Source: Pseudomonadota bacterium (lineage in GTDB: Bacteria > Bdellovibrionota > Bdellovibrionia > Bdellovibrionales > SG-bin7). Taken from it: a DNA stretch of 17,543 nt. The position numbers were made by a program, and so were the translations under genes. Where the stretch lies: assembly GCA_034439715.1 (NCBI GenBank), contig JAWXAY010000071.1, positions 1-17,543 on the forward strand, read 5' to 3'. How positions within the stretch are numbered: position 1 is the stretch's first letter; each line of letters starts with the position of its first letter. The notes beneath the pieces are model-generated. The model was not told the DNA's origin, did no database searches, and saw only the letters and a list, made by a program, of their open reading frames with translations. Positions 1 through 7,681 of this stretch are shown piece after piece.

Positions 1-307
1 ACTACCTCTCCTGCTTGACCATTCAAGCCGTTATGAGAGGCAATCTTTTAACCTATGCTCAACTTACAAACCGGAAGGAATTACGTTGCACCCAACAAGT
101 ATGAAGCTGGGGCGCTAGAGAATGCAAAATCAGCAGACCCAACAGCGGCTGGAATTCGCGAAAGTGTGTGTGATATTCTTGAAGGTGGAAAAGGTGCTTT
201 TAGAAGTCGCGAACAGAAATATAGGCTAGAACAATGAACGGCGAAGATTTAATACAAAAAAACCGTAAAAATAGTAATCAGGTTGAAAATAGAAACAAAA
301 TTCAAAA

Positions 308-1087
308 ATGAGTATATTACTAGAATACCACAGAACAATCGGTGCTGAGCTGACTGAGTTAAAAAACAGAGTCAGGTACTTACTTGGAGATACCGAACAT
401 TGGCTTAGCGATGGACGCCATAAAGAGAGCATTTTAAAAAATGTATTAGAAAGACATTTACCTGAAACTATTTCCGCCTCTAACGGCTTTATTCGCTACC
501 CTGAGACTTGTTCATCAGAAATTGATTTGGTTTTATACAACAATTCCAAACCATTGCTGTTTAAGTCTAATGATCTCGTAATTACCACGCCAAGTACAAT
601 ATTTGGGGCTATTGAGGTTAAAACAAACTTGAGAACCGATGGTTTAGAGACCGTGCTGGCAAAACTTTCTGATAATTCTGAGAAAACGATTAATCAGATA
701 CATAGTAATGCTTGGGAGAATTTGGACTTTTCGAAGGGTCAATTGCAGCAGCATCCATGGTTTTCATTATTTTGCTATGAAAGCGAAGTTCCAGATCGGA
801 AGCTGCTTGAGTGCTTAAAAAGTACGGCCAATCTTAAATACGAGAGGGCCATAAAATGCGTTACCTTGGGCGAAGATAAGTTTATTAGATTTTGGAGTGG
901 CCAAAAGAAGCGTCCTTATGACAACGAATCCTTCACTGGATGGAAGCTTTATAAGTTAAAAGGCCTCTCCTTTTCATATTTTATTTCAAATATGATTTGG
1001 CAGGACCAACTTCTTACCAGTGAAAACTCTCCTTGGTTTGCGTTGAATGACAAAGAGACTGAATTAATTGATTCAATCGAATTTTAA
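308..1087 (+). CDS. DUF6602-like protein, predicted PD-(D/E)xK nuclease fold; candidate anti-phage defence cargo
   Basis: 259-aa ORF with 'HWLSDGRHKESILKNVLERHLP...SNGFI...SSEIDLVLYN...P...GAIEVKTNL', the G-x3-E / D / EVK pattern of DUF6602 and restriction-endonuclease-like proteins. Lies on the 3' side of a tRNA. No clear SD sequence. Confidence 0.75.
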   Translation: MSILLEYHRTIGAELTELKNRVRYLLGDTEHWLSDGRHKESILKNVLERHLPETISASNGFIRYPETCSSEIDLVLYNNSKPLLFKSNDLVITTPSTIFGAIEVKTNLRTDGLETVLAKLSDNSEKTINQIHSNAWENLDFSKGQLQQHPWFSLFCYESEVPDRKLLECLKSTANLKYERAIKCVTLGEDKFIRFWSGQKKRPYDNESFTGWKLYKLKGLSFSYFISNMIWQDQLLTSENSPWFALNDKETELIDSIEF

Positions 1088-1273
1088 TCATTTCCCAATC
1101 AACTGCTGGTTCAACCACCTAAAGCTCATGCCACCATGCTGATGTGCTTTGGCAGCTTCGCGACCTACGCAACCAGTGGCTTCAACCAGAGTGCCAGCAG
1201 CACCAAGCATAATGGCCACATAAACTAAACTTCGAATAAATTGCACGACTCCATACATAAGACCTACTTTCAT
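1088..1273 (-). CDS. small hypothetical membrane protein (start may be ATG at 1258)
   Basis: 61-aa ORF with one hydrophobic segment (LVYVAIMLGAAGTLV) followed by an amphipathic tail. Its stop abuts the DUF6602 stop exactly (1087/1088). AGGT precedes the second Met. Confidence 0.5.
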   Translation of the reverse strand: MKVGLMYGVVQFIRSLVYVAIMLGAAGTLVEATGCVGREAAKAHQHGGMSFRWLNQQLIGK

Positions 1274-1336
1274 TTGTAATGGCCTTTGAATTTCGAAAGT
1301 CTGTGAGTGGTCATCTGCGGCTGCGAAACTTAAGTT

Positions 1337-1353
1337 CCGTCAGTCACCCCAAA
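1337..1353 (+). repeat. inverted 17-bp copy of tRNA-His 3' end (att-core-like)
   Basis: CCGTCAGTCACCCCAAA at 1337-1353 is the exact reverse complement of 1549-1565 (TTTGGGGTGACTGACGG). Confidence 0.92.
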
Positions 1354-1396
1354 AACTGGAAACAGTTATCAGAAGCCGAAAACAGGGTTCAAAACC

Positions 1397-1426
1397 TGTC
1401 ATCAAGGTGTCATCAATCTGTCATCA
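1397..1426 (+). repeat. three direct repeats TGTCATCA with 11-bp period; putative integrase arm-type sites
   Basis: TGTCATCA at 1397, 1408 and 1419. The repeats are directly visible; the function is inferred by analogy with tandem P' arm sites of lambda-type tyrosine integrases. Confidence 0.75.
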
Positions 1427-1441
1427 TTTTTTGAAATCTGC

Positions 1442-1461
1442 CGAAATTTCATGAAATATCG
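1442..1461. repeat. 20-bp imperfect palindrome with perfect 12-bp core
   Basis: CGAAATTTCATGAAATATCG; the core ATTTCATGAAAT (1446-1457) is a perfect palindrome. Confidence 0.7.
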
Positions 1462-1490
1462 ATGCGAACGCTCGCTCTTCGTTTGTGTGT

Positions 1491-1503
1491 TATTAAGTAC
1501 TTA
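1491..1503 (+). promoter_or_regulatory. IHF-like binding site
   Basis: TATTAAGTACTTA matches WATCAANNNNTTR with one mismatch and lies between the tRNA core and the arm-like repeats. Confidence 0.4.
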
Positions 1504-1550
1504 GAACCATTTGGTATTTTGTTTTTCGACTACGAACCTGAGAAGAAATT

Positions 1551-1627
1551 TGGGGTGACTGACGGGGCTCGAACCCGCGACAACCGGAATCACAATCCGG
1601 GGCTCTACCAACTGAGCTACGGCCACC
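1551..1627 (-). tRNA. tRNA-His (GUG), with encoded G-1 and CCA
   Basis: Minus strand GGTGGCCGTAGCTCAGTTGGTAGAGCCCCGGATTGTGATTCCGGTTGTCGCGGGTTCGAGCCCCGTCAGTCACCCCA: D arm, anticodon GTG, GTTCGA T loop, G-1:C73 His identity pair, 77 nt. Confidence 0.98.
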
Positions 1628-1652
1628 ACAAAATAAACAGATGCACTATGGA

Positions 1653-1681
1653 GTTATAAAAACTCCTCACCCAAAGTGCAA
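1653..1681 (-). promoter_or_regulatory. sigma70-type promoter of tRNA-His
   Basis: Minus strand TTGCAC-N17-TATAAC, ending 25 bp upstream of the tRNA. Confidence 0.7.
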
Positions 1682-1748
1682 TGGATTTTTCCCAAAGAAA
1701 GGCTCAAGGCCTGCTGAAATAGCGAGCAGAAAAATCACATTTCGAGAT

Positions 1749-2954
1749 TTAGTAATCGCACGATTTAACAGTTGCCTTTGAGGGATCGCAAAGGTCATGA
1801 AATGAAGCCGGCAGCCGAGTATCCTCTGCCCACTTGCCATTCGCATTACAACGTTTGCGCACACAATTCACACTGGGTAAATCGGTACGACATTTTTTTT
1901 CTCCGTCGGGGTTGTTTTCGCATTTCCAAACGCATTGATTAAAGTCCCCGCCTGGATTCTTACAAATATCCGTGCCCTCATGATCATTCTTAGCTAGTGC
2001 CACTTTATCGGCCCCAGAATCCAACTGATTAAAATTGGTCGTGACCTCGAGCAATTTGAGTTCTTCGGCAGTTAATCTAAATACCGGGGTCAAATATCCC
2101 TGAGCGACAAAACTACTGATATCATTTTCATTAAAAACACTAGCTTCTTTTTTCGCAACCACAAAGCTCGCATACGTACCGGCAGCCACTTTAACCATTT
2201 GTTTTTTATTACCGTCATTTAACTCCACCAAACCCGAAATAGTTTCAACTTTTGTTTCCACTTTTTGCTCTTGTTCGTTTTTAAAAAAACTGGTCACAAA
2301 ATCAGTTCCCCGCACTCCCACGACCGCGGTTGGCGTTTTAACACTATAATAGTTTTCGCCATTGTAAGAATGTTTCACCGTGCTGCGAATTTTGCCATAG
2401 ATAAGATTGAGCATCGTTCTGTTCGTACCCTTAGAAGGGTCAAAACTCATTTTCTCAATTGTAATTTTTGAGTTAGGCGCGACATTAATGATGTTGTCGT
2501 CGACAAACTTTACTTTAATTTTACCGTCACTACCGGTTTCAATGTAGTCCTTGATAAAAACCTTAAAGCCAATTTTTGCTGGCAGAGTTTTGCTATTTCT
2601 CACAACAAGTGCTGTACCTTGTGCGACCACCATGACTCCCACTTGTTTCTGTATCTCTTCGATCTCAGCATTCGTAGTCTCGTTTTTCTTGGGATTACTT
2701 GCTGGCACTGTTGGCCCGGGGGCTATTAACTTACACTCTTTTTTGTCAATGGGATTACAAATTGGTTTTTTACAGGACTTCACGCGGTTCCCGTCATTAC
2801 ATTTGAGCGTGTAAAACTTTATATCGACTTCAATCTCACAGGGACCACACGTTATGACTTCACAATCGCAATCACCAGCAGCAAAAGATAAGGTCCAAGA
2901 ATTTACTAATAAAAAAAATGAAAAAAAATAACTGAGCAAACGTTGTTTTTTCAC
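1749..2954 (-). CDS. secreted FecR-domain protein with Cys-rich N- and C-terminal modules
   Basis: Signal peptide (..LSFA). FecR-like core 'DYIETGSDGKIKVKFVDDNIINVAPNSKI...LIYGKIR...VKTPTAVVGVRGTDF...GLVEL'. Start reassigned to GTG 2954 because AGGGAG lies upstream; the ORF is open from 2984. Confidence 0.85.
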   Translation of the reverse strand: MKKQRLLSYFFSFFLLVNSWTLSFAAGDCDCEVITCGPCEIEVDIKFYTLKCNDGNRVKSCKKPICNPIDKKECKLIAPGPTVPASNPKKNETTNAEIEEIQKQVGVMVVAQGTALVVRNSKTLPAKIGFKVFIKDYIETGSDGKIKVKFVDDNIINVAPNSKITIEKMSFDPSKGTNRTMLNLIYGKIRSTVKHSYNGENYYSVKTPTAVVGVRGTDFVTSFFKNEQEQKVETKVETISGLVELNDGNKKQMVKVAAGTYASFVVAKKEASVFNENDISSFVAQGYLTPVFRLTAEELKLLEVTTNFNQLDSGADKVALAKNDHEGTDICKNPGGDFNQCVWKCENNPDGEKKCRTDLPSVNCVRKRCNANGKWAEDTRLPASFHDLCDPSKATVKSCDY

Positions 2955-3032
2955 AGTAGATACTCCCTGGACAAGTAACAACACCTTTTCGGAAATTCTT
3001 CAAAAATACATAATATTATTAAGGATATGGCC

Positions 3033-3794
3033 TTACACATCTTTTTTTTCTAATTCATAGAGCTTGGCCATCTTCAAATGTACAGAGTAACCCGCACCAA
3101 CGGCTATAATAAATCCTGGCAACCCATCTAGAAATCCCCGTTTTAAAAAATAAGTTTCAAAAAACTTAACCACAGGCTTAAATATTAATTTAAATAGAGA
3201 AAAGCGAACTCCTAACTTTTTTTGTTCCAAGGCCCCTAGACTAGAGTACTTGTTGTTTTTCTCTATTTGGTGAGCAAGACTTTGAAAGGGCCAGTGTAAT
3301 AGCTCTGAGTTTAGCCGTAGCGTCGATTTCGCTATAAGTCGCTCGTGTACTTCAGAAGCCGACCACTTGACAGCAGTTCTATTAAAAAATCGTGCCTGAA
3401 GATCGGGGTACCATCCGCCATGATAAATCCACCGCCCCATATACCAAGAACGCCTTCGACACTCGTAAGCGTCTCCATTTAATCCCGCGGCCACGGTTTT
3501 TTTCAGTTCTTCGCTGAGTTCGGGGCTTAAAGCTTCATCAGCATCTAGTGAAAGTACCCAGTCATTAAGGGCCAGACTCATGCCAAAATTTTTCTGCTCA
3601 CCATAGCCACGCCATTTTTCAGAATAAACGCGCGCGCCTAAGTTTCTAGCGACATCAGGAGTTTTGTCGCTGCTAAAAGAATCAACAACTACAATGTCGT
3701 TACACCACAATGCTGATTTGATACACCGCTCTATATTTTTTTCTTCGTTTAGAGTGATAATAACAAGTGATACCGGAAGTTTTTCCACAATCAA
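3033..3794 (-). CDS. family 2 glycosyltransferase, WaaE/KdtX-like (LPS core glucosyltransferase group)
   Basis: 'SLVIITLNEEKNIERCIKS', 'VVDSFSSDKT', 'WVLSLDADE', 'GGWYPD', 'VHE', 'GFLDGLPGFIIA'. Confidence 0.92.
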   Translation of the reverse strand: MIVEKLPVSLVIITLNEEKNIERCIKSALWCNDIVVVDSFSSDKTPDVARNLGARVYSEKWRGYGEQKNFGMSLALNDWVLSLDADEALSPELSEELKKTVAAGLNGDAYECRRRSWYMGRWIYHGGWYPDLQARFFNRTAVKWSASEVHERLIAKSTLRLNSELLHWPFQSLAHQIEKNNKYSSLGALEQKKLGVRFSLFKLIFKPVVKFFETYFLKRGFLDGLPGFIIAVGAGYSVHLKMAKLYELEKKDV

Positions 3795-3871
3795 AAGGTC
3801 CCAATTTCATAATGAATTGTCAAACCGTAGTTCAATGACCTACAACTAATGTTGTTAACAAGGAGTTATTG

Positions 3872-4510
3872 ATGTTGCGCTTGAAAAAAATCTATTCATT
3901 TTTATTTTGCATGGGCCTGTCGTTAAATTCGCTCGCCCACTTTTCAGCTATGGATACAGCCGACACTTTACCCGAGAATCGCTATCGCCTGATGCTAGAG
4001 CCGCAAGTTATTTCTGGGGGACCCTCGGGCACTAATATTTTAGTTCGGTTTGATGCGTCTCTTAACAACGAGTCAGGGTTCAGAGGAGTTTTGGGTATCG
4101 GAAGTTTAGATTTACAGGCTGGCGCTTTTTATAAGTGGGCGCCCATTCCCGATGTTGGTGATCAGCCGGCCATAGCACTTACAACTGGCTTTGCTTATGC
4201 GAATTACGACGGCCAAGATTTATTTAGTCTTCGCGCTTACCCCACTGTCAGCAAAAGATATCAATGGGAATTGGGGGAGTTAAATCCCTATCTCTCGCTG
4301 CCATTTTCTATGGCCTCACAAGACGGCCAAAGTTTGTTCCCTATTCAACTAGCCATCGGTAGCGAAATAAAATTTAGGCAATTAAAAGATCTCGATTTTT
4401 ATGGCGAAGTAGGAATTGAAGTTAAAGATTCTTATAGTTACATTAGCATAGGTGTTGCCGCTTACTTTGACGAAAGCGGCGCACTTATTAAGCCTCAAAA
4501 AATAGACTAA
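3872..4510 (+). CDS. hypothetical secreted protein, probable outer-membrane beta-barrel
   Basis: AGGAG at 3861-3865 before ATG 3872; signal peptide ending SLA; alternating hydrophobic/aromatic beta-strand pattern throughout. Confidence 0.7.
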   Translation: MLRLKKIYSFLFCMGLSLNSLAHFSAMDTADTLPENRYRLMLEPQVISGGPSGTNILVRFDASLNNESGFRGVLGIGSLDLQAGAFYKWAPIPDVGDQPAIALTTGFAYANYDGQDLFSLRAYPTVSKRYQWELGELNPYLSLPFSMASQDGQSLFPIQLAIGSEIKFRQLKDLDFYGEVGIEVKDSYSYISIGVAAYFDESGALIKPQKID

Positions 4511-4513
4511 AGT

Positions 4514-6448
4514 TTAATCTGAACCTTTCACGTCTTTGAAATCAGCGTCGATCACGTCTTCACCATGTTTAGCGCCCGAAGACTTATCAGAAGCAGTTTC
4601 TTCGCCACCACCAGCGGCACCGTTACTAGCGCCACTCGCACCAGCTCCCGCTTTACTGTAAAGCTCACTACTCAACTTATAACTTATCGTTCTTAGCTTT
4701 TCAGAGACCTGTTTAATAGTGGCAACATCTTTGGCATCAGCAGCAAGAACCTTCTTAGCCTGTTCAATTGTTTCCTTAGCTTGATCAACATCGGCCTTGC
4801 TCAAAGACTTCTCGCTATCTCGAATCATTTTTTCGGTCTGGTAAACCAGAGAGTCCAACTCGTTACGAGCGTTAATGACTTCTTTTTTTGCTTTATCTTC
4901 TTCAGCGTGGGATTCCGCATCTTTCACCATGTTTTGAATCTCGGTCTCAGACAAACCAGATTTTGCTGTGATCTTAATTTGCTGTTCTTTACCTGTTCCC
5001 AAATCCTTAGCAGAAACATTTAGAATACCGTTAGCATCAATATCGAACGTAACTTCCACTTGCGGCACACCTCGCGGAGCCGGAGGAAGCCCGGTTAATT
5101 CAAAGCGGCCCAAACTTTTATTATCTGCCGACATTTCTCGCTCACCTTGAAGCGCATGAATGTCTACACTCGGTTGGTTATCAGCTGCCGTCGAGAACAC
5201 TTGTGATTTGCGAGTAGGAATAGTGGTGTTTCTCTCTATCAATCTGGTCATGACTCCACCCAAAGTTTCAATTCCCAGCGATAAAGGCGTTACGTCGAGT
5301 AGCAATACGTCTTTTACCTCTCCCCCTAAAATCGCCCCCTGCACAGCAGCTCCGACAGCTACAACTTCGTCAGGGTTCACAGAGCGATTGGGCTCCTTAG
5401 CAAAAAACTCTTTTACCAAATTTGAAATAGCAGGAATACGCGTAGTCCCGCCCACCAAAACCACTTCATCAATATCTTTAATGGTATAACCGGCATCGGC
5501 CAAAGCCTTTTTTGTAGGACCCAGCGCCCGGTTGACAAGGCTTTCAGTCAATTGATCAAATTTCGCCCGTGTTAACTTCATCGATAAGTGCTTAGGACCG
5601 CTAGCGTCAGCTGTAACGAAAGGGAGGTTAATATCCGTTTCCATAGACGAACTTAATTCGATTTTAGCTTTCTCTGCGCCCTCTCGAAGTCTTTGAAGCG
5701 CCATTTTATCTTTTCTTAAATCAATGCCTTGTTCTTTTTTAAATTCATCGGCCATCCAATCGATGAGTACCGAGTCAAAATTATCACCACCTAAATGCAC
5801 ATCACCATTGGTGGCCTTAACTTCTACGACATTGTCGCCAACTTCGAGAATAGAAATATCAAAAGTACCACCACCAAAGTCAAAAATAGCAATTTTTTGA
5901 TCTTTCTTTTTATCAAGCCCGTAAGCAAGTGCGGCTGCCGTCGGTTCGTTAATGATCCGCTTAACCTCAAGCCCTGCAATACGACCAGCATCTTTAGTCG
6001 CCTGTCTTTGTGAGTCGTTAAAATAAGCGGGAACAGTAATCACCGCCTCGGTGACTTCATGGCCTAAATAGTCTTCAGCGACTTTTTTTAGTTTGGCTAA
6101 CACAGCGGCTCCGATTTCTTCAGGTGAGGCCGTTTTGCCTTGGACTTTAAAGGCCACGTCATTTCCCTTTTTTTCGACAGAGTAGGGCACCAGTTTTAAT
6201 TCCTCTTGAATTTCTTCAAAGCGGCGACCAATAAATCTCTTAGCCGAATAAATAGTATTTTCTGGGTTTGTAACAGCCTGGCGTTTAGCGATTTGCCCTG
6301 TCAATTTTTGGCCATCTTTAGTAAAGGCTACGACTGAGGGGGTGGTGCGTCCGCCTTCTTCGTTAACGAGAACCTTAGGTTGCCCACCTTCCATAATAGC
6401 CACAACTGAGTTCGTGGTGCCTAAGTCAATTCCAATTATTTTTCCCAT
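4514..6448 (-). CDS. dnaK: molecular chaperone DnaK (Hsp70)
   Basis: '[11 protein letters not shown]', '[14 protein letters not shown]', '[10 protein letters not shown]', '[14 protein letters not shown]', C-terminal 'DVIDADF'. Confidence 0.99.
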   Translation of the reverse strand: MGKIIGIDLGTTNSVVAIMEGGQPKVLVNEEGGRTTPSVVAFTKDGQKLTGQIAKRQAVTNPENTIYSAKRFIGRRFEEIQEELKLVPYSVEKKGNDVAFKVQGKTASPEEIGAAVLAKLKKVAEDYLGHEVTEAVITVPAYFNDSQRQATKDAGRIAGLEVKRIINEPTAAALAYGLDKKKDQKIAIFDFGGGTFDISILEVGDNVVEVKATNGDVHLGGDNFDSVLIDWMADEFKKEQGIDLRKDKMALQRLREGAEKAKIELSSSMETDINLPFVTADASGPKHLSMKLTRAKFDQLTESLVNRALGPTKKALADAGYTIKDIDEVVLVGGTTRIPAISNLVKEFFAKEPNRSVNPDEVVAVGAAVQGAILGGEVKDVLLLDVTPLSLGIETLGGVMTRLIERNTTIPTRKSQVFSTAADNQPSVDIHALQGEREMSADNKSLGRFELTGLPPAPRGVPQVEVTFDIDANGILNVSAKDLGTGKEQQIKITAKSGLSETEIQNMVKDAESHAEEDKAKKEVINARNELDSLVYQTEKMIRDSEKSLSKADVDQAKETIEQAKKVLAADAKDVATIKQVSEKLRTISYKLSSELYSKAGAGASGASNGAAGGGEETASDKSSGAKHGEDVIDADFKDVKGSD

Positions 6449-6498
6449 TTTAATCTCCCCTGCCTGTTCATTTTTAATATCAGTTCATACTGTTTTAA

Positions 6499-6526
6499 AT
6501 CTTGGTTCACTTTCGATTTCGTCAAG
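6499..6526 (-). promoter_or_regulatory. sigma32-like promoter of dnaK
   Basis: Minus strand CTTGAC-N15-CCAAGAT in the dnaJ-dnaK gap; same -35 and spacer as the dnaJ site. Confidence 0.55.
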
Positions 6527-6537
6527 CCTTCAAATAT

Positions 6538-7632
6538 TTATTTCCGCCTAAAAAATCCTTTGGCGGGCGTAGAATGTCCCTTAAGTCCGGCAATTTCGCG
6601 CAAAAGTCGGTCTTCCTCTTTGTCTAGCTTCTTAGGCACATCAACTACCACTTCATATAAAATATTGCCACGACCATATCCTTTGAGATGGGGGACTCCT
6701 TGGCCAGGCAACATCAAAACTTCGCCAGGTTGGGTCCCCGTTGGAACACTCAGAGTTTCTTCACCTTTAATGATAGGCACCTTAACTTCTCCACCTAAAA
6801 TTGCCTGAATGTATGAAATATGAATGCTCGTACCTAAATTTTGACCTTGTCTTTCAAAAATCTTGTGTGGCTTTACGCGAATTTCTACATATAAATCACC
6901 AGAGACACCCTCGCTATATCCACCTTCGCCCTCACCAACGACTCTTAGCCTGGTACCAGTGTCAACACCAGCAGGAACTGTGACTTTTAAATTGCGTTTT
7001 TTTAATTCACGACCAGTGCCCTTACATTTCGCACAAGGATCTTTAATAACTGCGCCCTGGCCGCGGCACGATGGACAGGTCGTTGCCATCGAAAAAAAAC
7101 CTTGATTGCGAACTACTTGTCCCGCGCCACCACATTGTTTGCAGACCTCAGCCTCACTGCCCTTAGCCGCGCCTTTACCCTTACAGGGGGCACAACTAGC
7201 TTCGCATTCAAATTCTATGTCTTTTTCAATTCCGCCAACGACATCTTCTAACGAAATATCTATGAGGTATCTTAAATCTGCGCCGCGCCTTCGAACATCG
7301 CGACGCTCAGTTCGTTGTCCACCGCCAAAAAAATCTGAGAAAATATCTGAGAAACTCGAAAATATATCGTTCACATCATGAAATCCGGGATGTCCCCTGC
7401 CCCCCATGCCATTGACACCGGCATGCCCAAAGCGATCATAGCGAGTACGCTTTTCTTTATCGCTCAAAATTTCATAAGCTGACGCCGCTTCTTTAAATTT
7501 ATCTTCGGCGGATTTGTCTCCTGGATTACGGTCAGGATGGTATTTCATAGCCATCTGACGAAAGGCCTTTTTGATAGCGTCCGGATCTGCGTCCTTTTTT
7601 ACCCCTAAAATTTCATAAAAATCTTGAGCCAT
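6538..7632 (-). CDS. dnaJ: chaperone DnaJ (class A)
   Basis: J domain with HPD, G/F-rich region, four CxxCxGxG repeats, C-terminal substrate-binding domains. Confidence 0.99.
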   Translation of the reverse strand: MAQDFYEILGVKKDADPDAIKKAFRQMAMKYHPDRNPGDKSAEDKFKEAASAYEILSDKEKRTRYDRFGHAGVNGMGGRGHPGFHDVNDIFSSFSDIFSDFFGGGQRTERRDVRRRGADLRYLIDISLEDVVGGIEKDIEFECEASCAPCKGKGAAKGSEAEVCKQCGGAGQVVRNQGFFSMATTCPSCRGQGAVIKDPCAKCKGTGRELKKRNLKVTVPAGVDTGTRLRVVGEGEGGYSEGVSGDLYVEIRVKPHKIFERQGQNLGTSIHISYIQAILGGEVKVPIIKGEETLSVPTGTQPGEVLMLPGQGVPHLKGYGRGNILYEVVVDVPKKLDKEEDRLLREIAGLKGHSTPAKGFFRRK

Positions 7633-7653
7633 GCGTTTTCCCCAATCTCCTTA

Positions 7654-7681
7654 ATATGGGTTTGTAGGACAGTCCGTCAAG
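7654..7681 (-). promoter_or_regulatory. sigma32-like promoter of dnaJ
   Basis: Minus strand CTTGAC-N15-CCCATAT, close to the RpoH consensus CTTGAA-N13-15-CCCCATAT. Confidence 0.7.

Larger units (their letters stand above)
1..1550. mobile_element. probable terminal part of an integrative element/genomic island at tRNA-His (integrase not in window)
   Basis: Duplicated tRNA 3' end, arm-type-like repeats, IHF-like site, nuclease-like cargo and no terminator hairpin directly after the tRNA. The left boundary is outside the window. Confidence 0.55.

Noticed and set aside
55..237. 60-aa plus-strand ORF
   Set aside because: No recognisable motif and only a distant, weak RBS. An AGGAG on the minus strand at 8-12 hints instead at a gene starting just left of the window. 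Cannot be supported either way.
1397..1426. Possible CRISPR or iteron array
   Set aside because: Repeats are 8 bp with 3-bp spacers, far too short for CRISPR; no cas or rep gene in the window.
1442..1461. Protelomerase (telRL) or dif site
   Set aside because: Palindrome is shorter than known telRL sites, lacks the XerD arm TTATGTTAAAT, and no cognate enzyme is visible.
1462..1659. 65-aa ORF containing 'GVTDGARTRDNRNHNPGLYQLSYGHH'
   Set aside because: Antisense translation of tRNA-His, a classic spurious ORF.
3033..3794. GT2 as a pilin glycosylation enzyme
   Set aside because: Motifs fit the WaaE/KdtX LPS core group and it is over 4 kb from pilA in a separate transcription unit.
4781..7381. 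Multiple plus-strand ORFs opposite dnaK and dnaJ
   Set aside because: Antisense shadow ORFs of conserved genes, with no RBS or domain signal.
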